From: an uncultured cyanobacterium
GTDB taxonomy: Bacteria > Cyanobacteriota > Cyanobacteriia > Cyanobacteriales > Nostocaceae
Assembly: GCA_963740315.1 (NCBI GenBank)
Contig: CAVUDP010000002.1
Location: forward strand, 288,001-352,000
Length of the DNA: 64,000 bases
Direction: 5' to 3'
Positions 43,135 to 53,676 of the stretch are shown here, piece by piece. The notes under the pieces were generated by a model that was not told the origin of the DNA, searched no databases, and saw nothing but the letters and a program-made list of their open reading frames with translations. The first letter of the stretch is position 1; each line of letters opens with the position of its first letter. Both the position numbers and the translations under genes were made by a program.

Positions 43135-46100
43135 CTACCCTTTAACTGCTTCTAAAATATTTAATAAATCATCTGCACCAAAAGGTTTAGGTAAAAATCC
43201 TTGAATATTGGTGACTGATTCTTGTACTAAAGCCTCAGTAGAAACTAATCCACTCATGGCAATAATTTTTACTTGTGGATTCATATGTTGTATGGTGCGG
43301 ATGGCTATTGCACCGTCCATTGATGGCATCATTATATCTATTAAAACAATATTAATTTCTTTTTTTTGCTGCACGTAAACTGCAATTGCTTCGATACCGT
43401 CTTTGGCTGTAATTACGCGGTAATTATAGGTTTCTAGTGTAGTCTTAATAATTTCACAAATTCCAACTTCATCATCTACTATTAAAATTAATTCTTCATT
43501 TCCTATGGGTAGCTCCCTGTTTTCTATTATCGGCGAAACGTCTCCTTCTATAGTTGGTAGATGAACTTTGAATTGAGTACCTTTTTCAACTTTGCTCGAT
43601 ACCTCAATAAAGCCACCGTTGTTTTTGACAATACCCAACACCGTCGATAAACCCAATCCCGTACCTTCTCCTACTTCTTTAGTAGTAAAAAAGGGATCGA
43701 AAATTCTATCTATAATTTTTGAAGAAATACCAACTCCTGTATCGGTAATGGTAACAACAATATAGTGCCCTACTTTTGCATCGATGTTCATTTTGGCATA
43801 GCTTTCATCGATAAACTTATTATGAGCTTCGATAGTTAAAGTCCCCCCTGAAGGCATTGCATCGCGGGCGTTTACTACTAAGTTCATAAATACTTGATGT
43901 AGCTGGGTAGCGTCTGCCGAAACTGCCCATAAATCTCGCGGTAAATCACTTTCAATTTCAATGCTTTTAGGAAATGTACCGCGAGCAAGCTGTTCGATAT
44001 CTCTCAAAAGATGCTTGACTTGCAGCACCGTGCGCCTACCTTCATCGCCACGAGCAAATGAGAGAACTTGTTTCACCAAATTAGCGCCTCGTTTGGCATT
44101 CGCTTCGAGCATCAGCAGCATTTCCGCAGAAGTTTCATCCACATTGCCAAGTTTGAGGGGTAACAACTGCGCGATCGCCAAAACTGGTGTGAGCATATTA
44201 TTTAAATCGTGAGCAATACCGCTTGCTAAAGTACCGAGGCTTTCCAAGCGTTGAGCGCGAAGAAACTGGCTTTCAAGCTGTTTTTTATCGGTGATGTCGG
44301 TATCTACGCTAAGAATTGATTTTGGGTTTCCGGCTTCGTCGCATACCAAAGTCCAACGACTGGCGACAGTAATTTCCCTACCTTGTTTGGTAACTTTTTG
44401 CAGCTCACCCTGCCAGGAACCACTTTGGGTTACTTCTTGGATTGCCTCGGTTAATTGTTGAGTAATTTCTTTATATAAAATTTCGTTGGCATCCTTACCT
44501 AAAACTTCTTGTGTCGTCCATCCGTACATCTTTTCAGCACTTTGATTGCAGTATAAAATTGCTCCCGATAAACTTCTTAACAAAATTGCATCTGTAGCAA
44601 CATCGAGTAACACTGCTTGTTGAGCAATTTTCTCTTCTGCTTGCTTGCGCTCGGTTATATCTATGCAAGAACCAATATAGCCAGCAAAACTTCCATTTAC
44701 ATCAAATCTAGGCGTACCCTTGTCCAAAATCCAGCGATATTCGCCATACCTATTTTGCAATCGGTATTCCATCAAAAACGCTTGCCGAGCATCAAAAGCA
44801 TCAAGGTAAATTTCTACACAGCGCTCTCCCTCGTCTGGATGAATTCCTTCTATCCAGCCATTACCAATTTCTTGCTCTAAAGTTCTTCCCGTAAATCCCA
44901 ACCATGTAGCATTAAAATAGTTAAAAAGTCGATCGCATCCAGCCATCCAAATCATCACGGGGGCTGTATCTGCCATTGCGCGGAATCGTGATTCACTTTC
45001 TCGCAATGCAGATAGTGCTTGTTTATACTTGCTGGTATCTTTAGAAATACCGTAAAAACGGACAACCCTTCCGACTGCATTCGTTTCTACTTTTCCACAA
45101 GAAAATGCGTAACCAATACTTCCATCAGGATGTATAAATCTAAACTCTGTTTCATAGGGAATAGCCTGCTCGATCGCATTGCTTATTAGTTGATTTACCC
45201 GTTCCCTATCCTCCGGATAAATAGCTTGATTGACAGCTTCAATATCAACTATGCTATTACCTTGGTTGGAATTAGTAAATCGATCGAATTCTTTTGACCA
45301 CCAAGTTTCATCCGTAGTCAAATCCCAAGACCAACTGCCTATTTTAGCAATTCGTTGTGCTTCTTGCAGCAAAGCTTCAGTTTGGCGTAATTTTTCTTCA
45401 GCTTGTTTGCGTTGAGTTATATCTCGAATCATAGCCAGTAAACCAATTTTTTCGCCGCGATCGTTATGCAGATAACTAACCGATAACTCAACGTGAATTC
45501 GTTCGCCATTCTTTTTAATATGAATATTTTCCCCCTGCCACCAACCCTTTGCAGACAAATTTTCTTTGGCAATCTCCTTGTCTTGCAAATTCAGCCAGCG
45601 ATATTCATAAGCGAATCCTAAATCCCGCCCAATAAATTCTGAAGCATTAATATTGTATTGCTCCTCGGCTCGTTGATTTAAATAAATAATTTTATGTTCG
45701 TTATCGATCGCAATCACCGCATCGCTAACATGAGCTAATATATTTGCATCAAATTTAATTTGTGCTTCACTTACCGAGATGCGATCGTCCTGCTCTGTGT
45801 CAGCATTTGCATTCGTGTTGATGATATCATCATGTTTATCCACAAATACTTGCAATAAACTTTTTTCTTCGACAATTCCCAGCAAGTTATCCGTCTCATC
45901 TACAACTGGTAAATGGGAAATTCCATGCTGATGCATTATTCGTAACACCGTAAAAATATCTTGATTCGGTGTTTTTTTTAAACTGATTACTTCCCGTTTC
46001 ATCACCTCAGCTACTTTGATAGCAGATAAATTTATACCAGTTGCAGCAAGTCTCAATATGTCAGCTTGAGTCAATATTCCAATCAAACGACATTTTTGAG

Positions 46101-46290
46101 TAACTAAAATACAACTTGCCTTTTCTTCACCTGCATAACTTATATTCAGCATTAAAGTAATCGCATCGCTTACCAAAGTATCGGGTGTAACTTTCAAACA
46201 ATAAGTCTCAATTACCCGATTTAAATCAATTAAACTATTAGAATTTGTAATAGATAACATAGTTAAATGCCTCAATAATAATGAAGGCAA
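43135..46290 (-). CDS. Hybrid histidine kinase with CBS pair, four PAS domains and receiver
   Basis: CBS (LIGILTQAD, HLPVVD), PAS/PAC repeats, ASGIAHDLNN, FDPFFTTK, GTGLGL, LIVDDE...DIMMP; likely start ATG 46260. Confidence 0.95.
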   Translation of the reverse strand: MPSLLLRHLTMLSITNSNSLIDLNRVIETYCLKVTPDTLVSDAITLMLNISYAGEEKASCILVTQKCRLIGILTQADILRLAATGINLSAIKVAEVMKREVISLKKTPNQDIFTVLRIMHQHGISHLPVVDETDNLLGIVEEKSLLQVFVDKHDDIINTNANADTEQDDRISVSEAQIKFDANILAHVSDAVIAIDNEHKIIYLNQRAEEQYNINASEFIGRDLGFAYEYRWLNLQDKEIAKENLSAKGWWQGENIHIKKNGERIHVELSVSYLHNDRGEKIGLLAMIRDITQRKQAEEKLRQTEALLQEAQRIAKIGSWSWDLTTDETWWSKEFDRFTNSNQGNSIVDIEAVNQAIYPEDRERVNQLISNAIEQAIPYETEFRFIHPDGSIGYAFSCGKVETNAVGRVVRFYGISKDTSKYKQALSALRESESRFRAMADTAPVMIWMAGCDRLFNYFNATWLGFTGRTLEQEIGNGWIEGIHPDEGERCVEIYLDAFDARQAFLMEYRLQNRYGEYRWILDKGTPRFDVNGSFAGYIGSCIDITERKQAEEKIAQQAVLLDVATDAILLRSLSGAILYCNQSAEKMYGWTTQEVLGKDANEILYKEITQQLTEAIQEVTQSGSWQGELQKVTKQGREITVASRWTLVCDEAGNPKSILSVDTDITDKKQLESQFLRAQRLESLGTLASGIAHDLNNMLTPVLAIAQLLPLKLGNVDETSAEMLLMLEANAKRGANLVKQVLSFARGDEGRRTVLQVKHLLRDIEQLARGTFPKSIEIESDLPRDLWAVSADATQLHQVFMNLVVNARDAMPSGGTLTIEAHNKFIDESYAKMNIDAKVGHYIVVTITDTGVGISSKIIDRIFDPFFTTKEVGEGTGLGLSTVLGIVKNNGGFIEVSSKVEKGTQFKVHLPTIEGDVSPIIENRELPIGNEELILIVDDEVGICEIIKTTLETYNYRVITAKDGIEAIAVYVQQKKEINIVLIDIMMPSMDGAIAIRTIQHMNPQVKIIAMSGLVSTEALVQESVTNIQGFLPKPFGADDLLNILEAVKG

Positions 46291-46804
46291 TTAGGAATAA
46301 TAATATCGCTAATTTCACCTAATTTATCTGAAAATTTAATTTATATTTTTCTAAATAAAACTCGATCGAACAAAAAGAGTTATAAAGAGTTATCGTTACT
46401 AACTTGAAAAAAGTTATATTAGTATTGTAGCAATGTTTTAAAAATACACGGCTAGCTTTAGAGGTAGTTTATATATTGCGTCCATTCATCAATAAAATTT
46501 TATAATTAGTATTTTATATTTTTATGTATAAATTCTAATATACAACACTTAACGATCGCTAACTAATTACCTTATACACAAACAATATGAGGAACTTGTG
46601 AGTATTAAGTTTAATTTATAGATTTGCAGTCAAAACTTCACACTTTACATTACTTAAAAGAAAGCTCAATCGTTCGCTATAAATTTTGGATTTTCCTCAC
46701 AAGTTTCTCATATTTGTTTTCTATCCTAAAGGCATAACAATTCATTTACTTATTTATCTTCCTGAAACGATCGCAAATAATAAAAGAGGTTAAAAAAAAT
46801 CACC

Positions 46805-47041
46805 ATGAATTACTGTCCCTGCTGCAAAGACACGCTTTTGTACCACATCAGCAACAACCATACTTACTGGTTTTGTCCGAGTTGCTGGCAAGAAATGCCT
46901 GTATGCGATTTATCTAATAGTCATTCTTTAATAAAATCGTTATCGGGTAGATTATCTATAATCCATCAAAAAGTAGAAAAGTCGAGCTTAAATTGTCCCG
47001 TAACTTCTGCTAATTCCGATAAACTTGCTCTAATGCGATAA
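46805..47041 (+). CDS. Small zinc-ribbon protein
   Basis: CPCC...WFCPSCWQEMP. Confidence 0.75.
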   Translation: MNYCPCCKDTLLYHISNNHTYWFCPSCWQEMPVCDLSNSHSLIKSLSGRLSIIHQKVEKSSLNCPVTSANSDKLALMR

Positions 47042-47108
47042 TGGTTGCATCAATTAAATACTGCGATCGCGCGATCGTTTTTGATTCAGTTTTAATAGAC
47101 TTGTTTCT

Positions 47109-47140
47109 AAGCCACTCCTAAAAAAACTTAAGGGTGGCTT
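47109..47140 (+). terminator. Intrinsic terminator-like hairpin
   Basis: AAGCCAC...GTGGCTT followed by a T-rich tract. Confidence 0.5.
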
Positions 47141-47342
47141 ATATTTTTAATTTTACAAAATATAAATAAAAGTTGATATTTGTTAAGTAAGGCGAAGCAT
47201 TATTGATTTGATATTCTAATATTTAGATTACAGCTTACTCATTTTATAGTCTTACCAATTAATTGACCTATTGTCCGCATCTGAATATCCGCAGAAATGA
47301 CTGTAATCCTTTCCTGCTTTGCGAACGAAAAAGCTACAAGGA

Positions 47343-48044
47343 ATGAAAATATTAGTAGTAGAAGATGACAAATATATTGCAAAAGTGTTGAGTCTGGTTC
47401 TGGGCGATCGCAATTATGTGACTGAAATAGCCTCTGATGGAGAAGAGGCTTGGGGATTTATAAAACTTTTTGATTACGACTTAATTATTCTCGATATCAC
47501 TTTACCAAAACTAGATGGTATTAGCCTTTGCCGACAGATACGCTCGGATGGTTTACAAACCCCAATTATGCTATTAACTGGATTAGGTTGTCCTCATGAA
47601 AAAGCTGTCGGCTTGGATGCTGGTGCAGATGATTACATGGTTAAACCTTTTGACGAGGAAGAATTAACCGCTCGTATCCGGGCGCTTTTGCGTAGGGGAA
47701 AGATAAAATCCTTACCTATTTTAAAATGGGGTGAATTGCAACTTGACCCTACGCTTTATGAAGTAACTTATAATAAACAACTCTTAGCTTTAACTCCCAA
47801 AGAATACGCGTTATTAGAGCTTTTGTTACGAAACACTCATCATATATTTAGTTGCAGCACGATTTTAAACCATCTTTGGTCTTACGAAGACGCTCCTACA
47901 GAAGAAGCCGTTCGGACTCATATTAAAGGATTGCGAATGAAACTCAAAGCTGTGGGTGCCCCTAGCAATATTATTGAAACTGTTTATGGTATTGGTTATC
48001 GTTTGAATCCCGTGGTTGAAGAGGCAGCAGAAGCTTTGTCGTAA
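47343..48044 (+). CDS. OmpR-family response regulator
   Basis: MKILVVEDD, LDITLP, GADDYMVKPF, winged helix ETVYGIGY; ATG 47343 preferred. Confidence 0.95.
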   Translation: MKILVVEDDKYIAKVLSLVLGDRNYVTEIASDGEEAWGFIKLFDYDLIILDITLPKLDGISLCRQIRSDGLQTPIMLLTGLGCPHEKAVGLDAGADDYMVKPFDEEELTARIRALLRRGKIKSLPILKWGELQLDPTLYEVTYNKQLLALTPKEYALLELLLRNTHHIFSCSTILNHLWSYEDAPTEEAVRTHIKGLRMKLKAVGAPSNIIETVYGIGYRLNPVVEEAAEALS

Positions 48045-48241
48045 AAACCGATAATAAAAGGCGACTAGTTAATAGCCGCCTCTAATATCATATTTTTATT
48101 AAATTTGGGCTGTTTAATCAAAATCAAAAATAAAAACTTCACAATTTTTATTAAATTACGCTACAATACTTACATATGCATAAAATAGCAAAATTGTCAA
48201 CTTAAGTAGAACAGTTTTGATGTTAAAGATATTAAAAGTAT

Positions 48242-48550
48242 TCAGGCAACAGAATTATTTCCAGCAGAATGCAGTTTTCTTGGCGCACTAATCGACACTA
48301 CCATAGAATCCATTTCTAAATTTTCGATATCTTCTGGGGTAACGGTAGCTGTAAATAAGTTAGCTGAAATATGACCTCTTAATCTAAGACCTGCGGGTAC
48401 ATATCCAGGCTCGGCAACTTTTACGGTGACTCCATAAACATCATCGCCGTCTTGTTGCGATTGTGCTATTTCAGAGCCGTGTTCTTTTTTATGGCAGCCG
48501 TGGAGCGTAGTTTTTCTAACGCGCACGGGTTTACCTGCTATGTAAAGCAT
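48242..48550 (-). CDS. Small protein resembling a subtilase prodomain (I9-like)
   Basis: VTVKV...LFTATVTPEDIENLEMDSMVVSISAPRKL parallels the N-terminus of the upstream protease. Confidence 0.65.
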   Translation of the reverse strand: MLYIAGKPVRVRKTTLHGCHKKEHGSEIAQSQQDGDDVYGVTVKVAEPGYVPAGLRLRGHISANLFTATVTPEDIENLEMDSMVVSISAPRKLHSAGNNSVA

Positions 48551-48617
48551 AGGTAACTATTCCTTATTAAAGACCCTATTTTTGCGATCGAATAATATTA
48601 TATTCTATCACTTCATA

Positions 48618-50414
48618 CTACCACATCGTTCTGACGGCGGAAATAGCAGCTTGGGCATTAATAGGACCGTAACCGTAACGCGCTTTTTTTAAAGGATCTT
48701 TGGGAGGATTATTTTCAGCACTTTGGATAAGAATATCGCGGATTTGGTTAATATCTAATTTGATATTGTGAGCGTTAGCTTCACTTAACATCAAGGCTAT
48801 GATTCCCGTGACAACTGGTGCGGACATACTGGTGCCTGATTTTCTCGAAGACTTAGTTTGAGTCAGTGAACTGGCTGCCCATATATTTTGTCCGGGAGCG
48901 ATAAAATCGGGTTTTTGTCGTCCGTCGCGAGTTGGTCCGGAACTGGAAAAATATGATAAAGGTTGATTGGGTTTTGTGGGATCGTAACAGCCAACCATAA
49001 TGATATTGCGTCCGCAGCCGATGGAGTTAACGGTATGAGTGCGATCGTATGGCGGCACAAAGCTGGTTTGAGAACCATCTTCACGTTCTATCCAAGCGTG
49101 AAAATTACCGCTACTTACTTCAACTCCATGCAGTCGTACAGTCCAGATGCCTCCCGGAAGTTTGGATTCCATAAAAACACCAATCATATTATCGCCGTTG
49201 TTGGGGTCGCAAAAACGGTGAGATAAGTAAATCACGGTGTTATCGTGTTCGTCTACAATTTCTCCATTTTCATCTAGTTGCAGACTTACCAAAGGTTCGC
49301 TATCGGGAGGAATAATTTCCAAACGAAATTTATCCCCGCCATCGTACCAAAGTTCCATTGCTTTGTACTGCCAATGTCCCCTGGGAATATCCCAATGCAA
49401 ATCGGTGAAACCATCTTGCGGCACTTTTCCCGAAGCATGAATTCCTTTATCGTAGGAATTTCCCGCCGCAATAACTACTGCCCGATTCGGCTTTTCACCG
49501 ACCAAAGCATCTATACTTTGTTCCACCAAAGCAGTACCATCATGAGGTCCGCCGTGCAACGCCAAACTAATATTAATTGCACAAGCGCGTTCATGGGCAA
49601 TTTCAAAAATAAAATCCACCGCTTCCACAAGTTCGGTAGTATCGCCCAAAGACTTATCTACAGCCGAACCTCCATTAGCCAAAACTGCTTCAACAGCACC
49701 GTTGGAAAAATGAACGAAGACAATATCGGCTCTGGGTGCAATACCCGGATTCCCGGTACCGTTTCCATTTCCCGCAGCGATATCCATGACATGAGTTCCG
49801 TGAGCGAGTTTTCCGGGATAGTAGCCCAAAGCCAAATAAGGATCGTCTGCCTGTAAAGCTTCGTTGATTTCTGCGCTGCGATAAACTTTTCCATAACCGA
49901 AAGGGCTATCGGGTTCCGATAAACCATCTTGATCCCATAAAGCGAGTATTCTGGTAGAGCCATCTGGGTGACGAAAATTCTGATGAGCGAAATCGCAACC
50001 CACATCAATAATTCCTACAACTACATTTTGTCCTTGCTCGCCAGCGGAACCTACTGGTATCGAGTCACGATGAATTACAACTTCTTCAGTATCATCAACA
50101 GTCAATTGCAAACTTTGCGATGCTTGCAAACTAACGACGCAAGGGGAACTACGCACCGCTTGCAACCGCGAAACGGGAACTCTGGCGGTAACAATAATAT
50201 CTCCATCTGGCGTGCTTCCAACTTCTGCACCTTCCCGTACCTCACTCAGCGATCGCCATGCTCGAACATCATTCACCTTAGCAATTACCGCGACTTCTCC
50301 CACCTCTGTTGAAGCTGTAGGTAGAGTAGGTAGTCCACGGCGACAACGTTGTATAAGTCTTTGCAATCTTGGGTCAATATCTGCAAAAATATCCGTCCAT
50401 TCAAATCGCATCAA
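48618..50414 (-). CDS. S8 subtilisin-like protease (CspA-like, with inserted beta domain)
   Basis: Catalytic triad IIDVG / HGTHV / GTSMS, oxyanion AAGN, FSSSGPTRDGRQKPD; no signal peptide. Confidence 0.93.
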   Translation of the reverse strand: MMRFEWTDIFADIDPRLQRLIQRCRRGLPTLPTASTEVGEVAVIAKVNDVRAWRSLSEVREGAEVGSTPDGDIIVTARVPVSRLQAVRSSPCVVSLQASQSLQLTVDDTEEVVIHRDSIPVGSAGEQGQNVVVGIIDVGCDFAHQNFRHPDGSTRILALWDQDGLSEPDSPFGYGKVYRSAEINEALQADDPYLALGYYPGKLAHGTHVMDIAAGNGNGTGNPGIAPRADIVFVHFSNGAVEAVLANGGSAVDKSLGDTTELVEAVDFIFEIAHERACAINISLALHGGPHDGTALVEQSIDALVGEKPNRAVVIAAGNSYDKGIHASGKVPQDGFTDLHWDIPRGHWQYKAMELWYDGGDKFRLEIIPPDSEPLVSLQLDENGEIVDEHDNTVIYLSHRFCDPNNGDNMIGVFMESKLPGGIWTVRLHGVEVSSGNFHAWIEREDGSQTSFVPPYDRTHTVNSIGCGRNIIMVGCYDPTKPNQPLSYFSSSGPTRDGRQKPDFIAPGQNIWAASSLTQTKSSRKSGTSMSAPVVTGIIALMLSEANAHNIKLDINQIRDILIQSAENNPPKDPLKKARYGYGPINAQAAISAVRTMW

Positions 50415-51047
50415 TCACCTTCTTTTGTTTCACGAATCAATATGAGGCTTAATTGTTTATCATATATATCTATTCTAAATTACGAGTTCTTTTTCATTTC
50501 CTCAGATAAAAACCTATGTAATAAAGCTGATATTTGCTATTTTCATTGTAGCTTAAACTACAGCTATTTTTATTTTGCTAGAGAATATTTTGGAAGGGAT
50601 AAAAAAGTCAGAATAATCAAAAGTTTGTATTAAGGATTTTAATAATTAAGAAGTTCGCGAAATTCATCGAAACATCTTATACATTTTATTTAACCTGTTT
50701 GTTTGATGCTTTTTTAGTTTTGCAGTCAAGAGAATCATTTACTTTGAATATTGCGCTTTATCTATTATGCTTCCTCGTTTAATTACAGGATTAATTACAA
50801 CATTGTGGTTCTATTTCTTCTTAATTATCTACTATATAATTTTAAAAACAATTTCGGTTTTTTACTATATATACATAATTTTAAAAGCGATTGTGCCCGG
50901 TGCGTAAGTCCTATTAGTTAACACATCAATCAAAAAGATCCTCTAACAAGATATTTACAAAAACCCAACAGATTGATATATCTAACTTGGCTTGACATTA
51001 TAAAAGCCGTAAGTAAGTCAGAAACCAATATATATATCTAAAAAATC

Positions 51048-52394
51048 GTGTTGCAAATTAACAGAAAAATAATTGGTTTAACAATCTTAGCGATGGTGGT
51101 TTTTGCTGGATGTACTAACTCAACACCCAATCAAACTACTACGAATCCAAGCGATCGAGGAAACGTAATATTTATCCACCCAGATGGTACGAGTGCATCT
51201 CATTGGGGTGCGGCGCGGATGCTGCATTACGGTCCGGATAGTAGGCTGAATTGGGATAAAATGTCAAACTTGGGCGTGTATTTGGGACATTTGAAAAACC
51301 AACTTACCGCAACTTCTAACGCGGGTGCGGTAATTCACGCCACGGGAGTTAAAGTCAACAGCGATTCTTTTGGCTTAGATGAAAACGGACAACCGATAGT
51401 TGCAGCTTCCGGTAAACCGCAAACAATTATGCAAGAAGCAGTTGAAGCTGGTAAGGCAACGGCGATGATCAATTCCGGGATCATACCCGAACCCGGCACT
51501 GGGGCTTTTGTTGCTAAAACCAAGACGAGACGCGAGTTTACAGAAATTACCAAGCAAATAGTTAATTCTGGTGTCGATGTAATTTTAGGTGGTGGTGAAG
51601 TATTTTATCTCCCTAAAGGTACGCCGGGAAAGTACGCCAAAGCCGAAGAAAGTCAGCGGGAAGACGGAGTAAATTTAATTGAAGAAGCGAAAAAAAAGGG
51701 TTATACGGTAGTTTATACCCGCGACGAACTTTTGGATTTACCCGCAGACACCAAAAAAGTATTAGGAATATTCGCGGCGACAGATACTTATAACGACGAA
51801 TCCGAAGAAGATTTAAAAGAGAAAAATTTGCCCTTATACGTTGCAGATACTCCGACAGTTTCCCAAATGTTAGATGCAACTTTAAAAATTGTATCCCAAA
51901 ATTCAAATGGTTTTTTTATTGTTTTAGAAGAAGAAGGAAGCGACAACTTTTGTAATTACAACAACGCCAAAGGCTGTATAGAAGCAGTTAAACGCGCCGA
52001 TGATGCCGTTGGTGTAGCAATGAAATTTATCGATAAAAATCCTAACACTTTATTAGTAACTGCCGCCGATAGCGATGCAGGTGGTTTGGAAGTAATTGGA
52101 GTCACTACCGAAAATTTCCCCTTAGATAAACCATTACCAGAAAAAGGTGATAACGGCGCACCGTGGGATGGTAAAGATGGAACTGCTACATTACCATTTG
52201 TTTCAGGACCAGATAAAGGGGGAAATAATTATCCCTTTGCGATCGCGTGGGCAGGGTTCAATGATTTCACTGGTTCAGTTGTTGCCAAAGCACACGGATT
52301 AAATGCAGATAAATTACCATCAACTGTAGACAATACAGATATTTACCGTTTGATGTACTTAACATTATTTGGTAAAGAAATACCGCAACGGTAG
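51048..52394 (+). CDS. Alkaline phosphatase family lipoprotein (atypical metal ligands)
   Basis: Lipobox FAGC, NVIFIHPDG, DVILGGG, GFFIVLEEEGSD, TLLVTAAD, VDNTDIY. Confidence 0.88.
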   Translation: MLQINRKIIGLTILAMVVFAGCTNSTPNQTTTNPSDRGNVIFIHPDGTSASHWGAARMLHYGPDSRLNWDKMSNLGVYLGHLKNQLTATSNAGAVIHATGVKVNSDSFGLDENGQPIVAASGKPQTIMQEAVEAGKATAMINSGIIPEPGTGAFVAKTKTRREFTEITKQIVNSGVDVILGGGEVFYLPKGTPGKYAKAEESQREDGVNLIEEAKKKGYTVVYTRDELLDLPADTKKVLGIFAATDTYNDESEEDLKEKNLPLYVADTPTVSQMLDATLKIVSQNSNGFFIVLEEEGSDNFCNYNNAKGCIEAVKRADDAVGVAMKFIDKNPNTLLVTAADSDAGGLEVIGVTTENFPLDKPLPEKGDNGAPWDGKDGTATLPFVSGPDKGGNNYPFAIAWAGFNDFTGSVVAKAHGLNADKLPSTVDNTDIYRLMYLTLFGKEIPQR

Positions 52395-52512
52395 AGGGGA
52401 TGGGGAGATGGGGGGATGGGGGAGATGGGGGGACAAGGGGACAAGGGGACAAGGAGAAATTTAAACTACTAATTCCTAACTCCTAACTCCTAACTTATTA
52501 CCTTTAACCTTA
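52392..52512. repeat. Short tandem repeats
   Basis: GGGGAGAT, GGGACAAG, CTCCTAA and TTAACCT runs. Confidence 0.85.
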
Positions 52513-52652
52513 ATTAACGGTGGACAAAATCATAATTGTCCACCATTAAATTGTTATAGGGAGTCACGTATCTACAATTCAAGCCAAGCTATTTGAAGAG
52601 AAGCACACTGATTTAAAATTTTAGTTATCTGTTCGCGTTACATAAATGCCGT

Positions 52653-53033
52653 TCAACGACCTTTATTCATTTTGGTATAAGTCTTGTTTGTTCCAACGAG
52701 ACTCCCAATCATATATCCACCTAATCCCCATAAAACAGGAAGTACCCAACTATCGGAACTTTGTCGATCGGAGTTAGGTACATCAACTTCTTTTCGACTC
52801 GAATCAGCCCTTTGGGGCACTTCTTCTTCGACAATAATTGGTTCTTCATTAAAAGTCTGTGCGATCGATTGCCCTGGTAAATCATTATCAATAGCACTCG
52901 CCGGTTTTACAACTACACCAGAAAATATCGCTAGACAAGCAGTTGTAAATACTAGTTTGTGAGTCATCCTCATCATAATGCGTAACCTTTTTGAATTTAG
53001 TAGATATTCAGGCATATGATGATAATTCCTCAC
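52653..53033 (-). CDS. Small exported/membrane protein
   Basis: Signal peptide ending PASA, acidic linker, C-terminal TM WVLPVLWGLGG; start probably one of the internal Mets. Confidence 0.6.
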   Translation of the reverse strand: MRNYHHMPEYLLNSKRLRIMMRMTHKLVFTTACLAIFSGVVVKPASAIDNDLPGQSIAQTFNEEPIIVEEEVPQRADSSRKEVDVPNSDRQSSDSWVLPVLWGLGGYMIGSLVGTNKTYTKMNKGR

Positions 53034-53676
53034 TCTAAGCTGGAAATTAGTAGAGAGAGGAATAGTCTTTATATACCTAAAGTTTGGCTAGCAATAGCAG
53101 TTAGCTTCTGTTAGTTGTACTAGTTTTTACCGTGTAAAATCAACTAGCCTATGTTACAATTAACAATTTGTCTATTAAACCACTTTTGCCATTAGTGTTA
53201 GTTATCATACAGCATTATTGGTGTTTAAACCGATAAAATAAAAAGTTTATTTTCTCTGGTCAAAGTTTAATACTGCTCTCGTAGTTTACATCTCACGATC
53301 CAATAGTCCTATTTTCGTAGTAAATACACAGCAATCTTGAGAAAGATATTTTGCAAAAAATCACCTTACCAATTGCGTAATTATTACACCCATTAGCAGG
53401 TAATTTTTATATCTTATCTATGCTATGAAAGGTAATTTGATTTCTGATAAAGATGCGCTTACTCGTTTTTTCGATGACAGTGAAAGTGCATAATATGTTC
53501 CCTTCTATCGATTGATTGCAAACTACTGTTTCTTCACTTAGATTGCAAAAAGAAAGCCCGCTGTATGGCGGGTTAAATCAGATATATCTAATAGCTCTTC
53601 TGGTAAAGTTATTTACAAAGAATGCGAAACAAATATGTAGAGGCGAAGTGTACGGTGCTATGTCTCTACATTTAAG

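Noticed and set aside
48863..50633. Many overlapping ORFs within the subtilase gene
   Set aside because: Shadow or alternate frames of a relatively GC-rich gene; no motifs
50942..50971. Possible Pho (SphR) box upstream of the phosphatase
   Set aside because: 11-bp periodic AACA-like motifs are present, but the match to the YTTAAYY consensus is too weak to call
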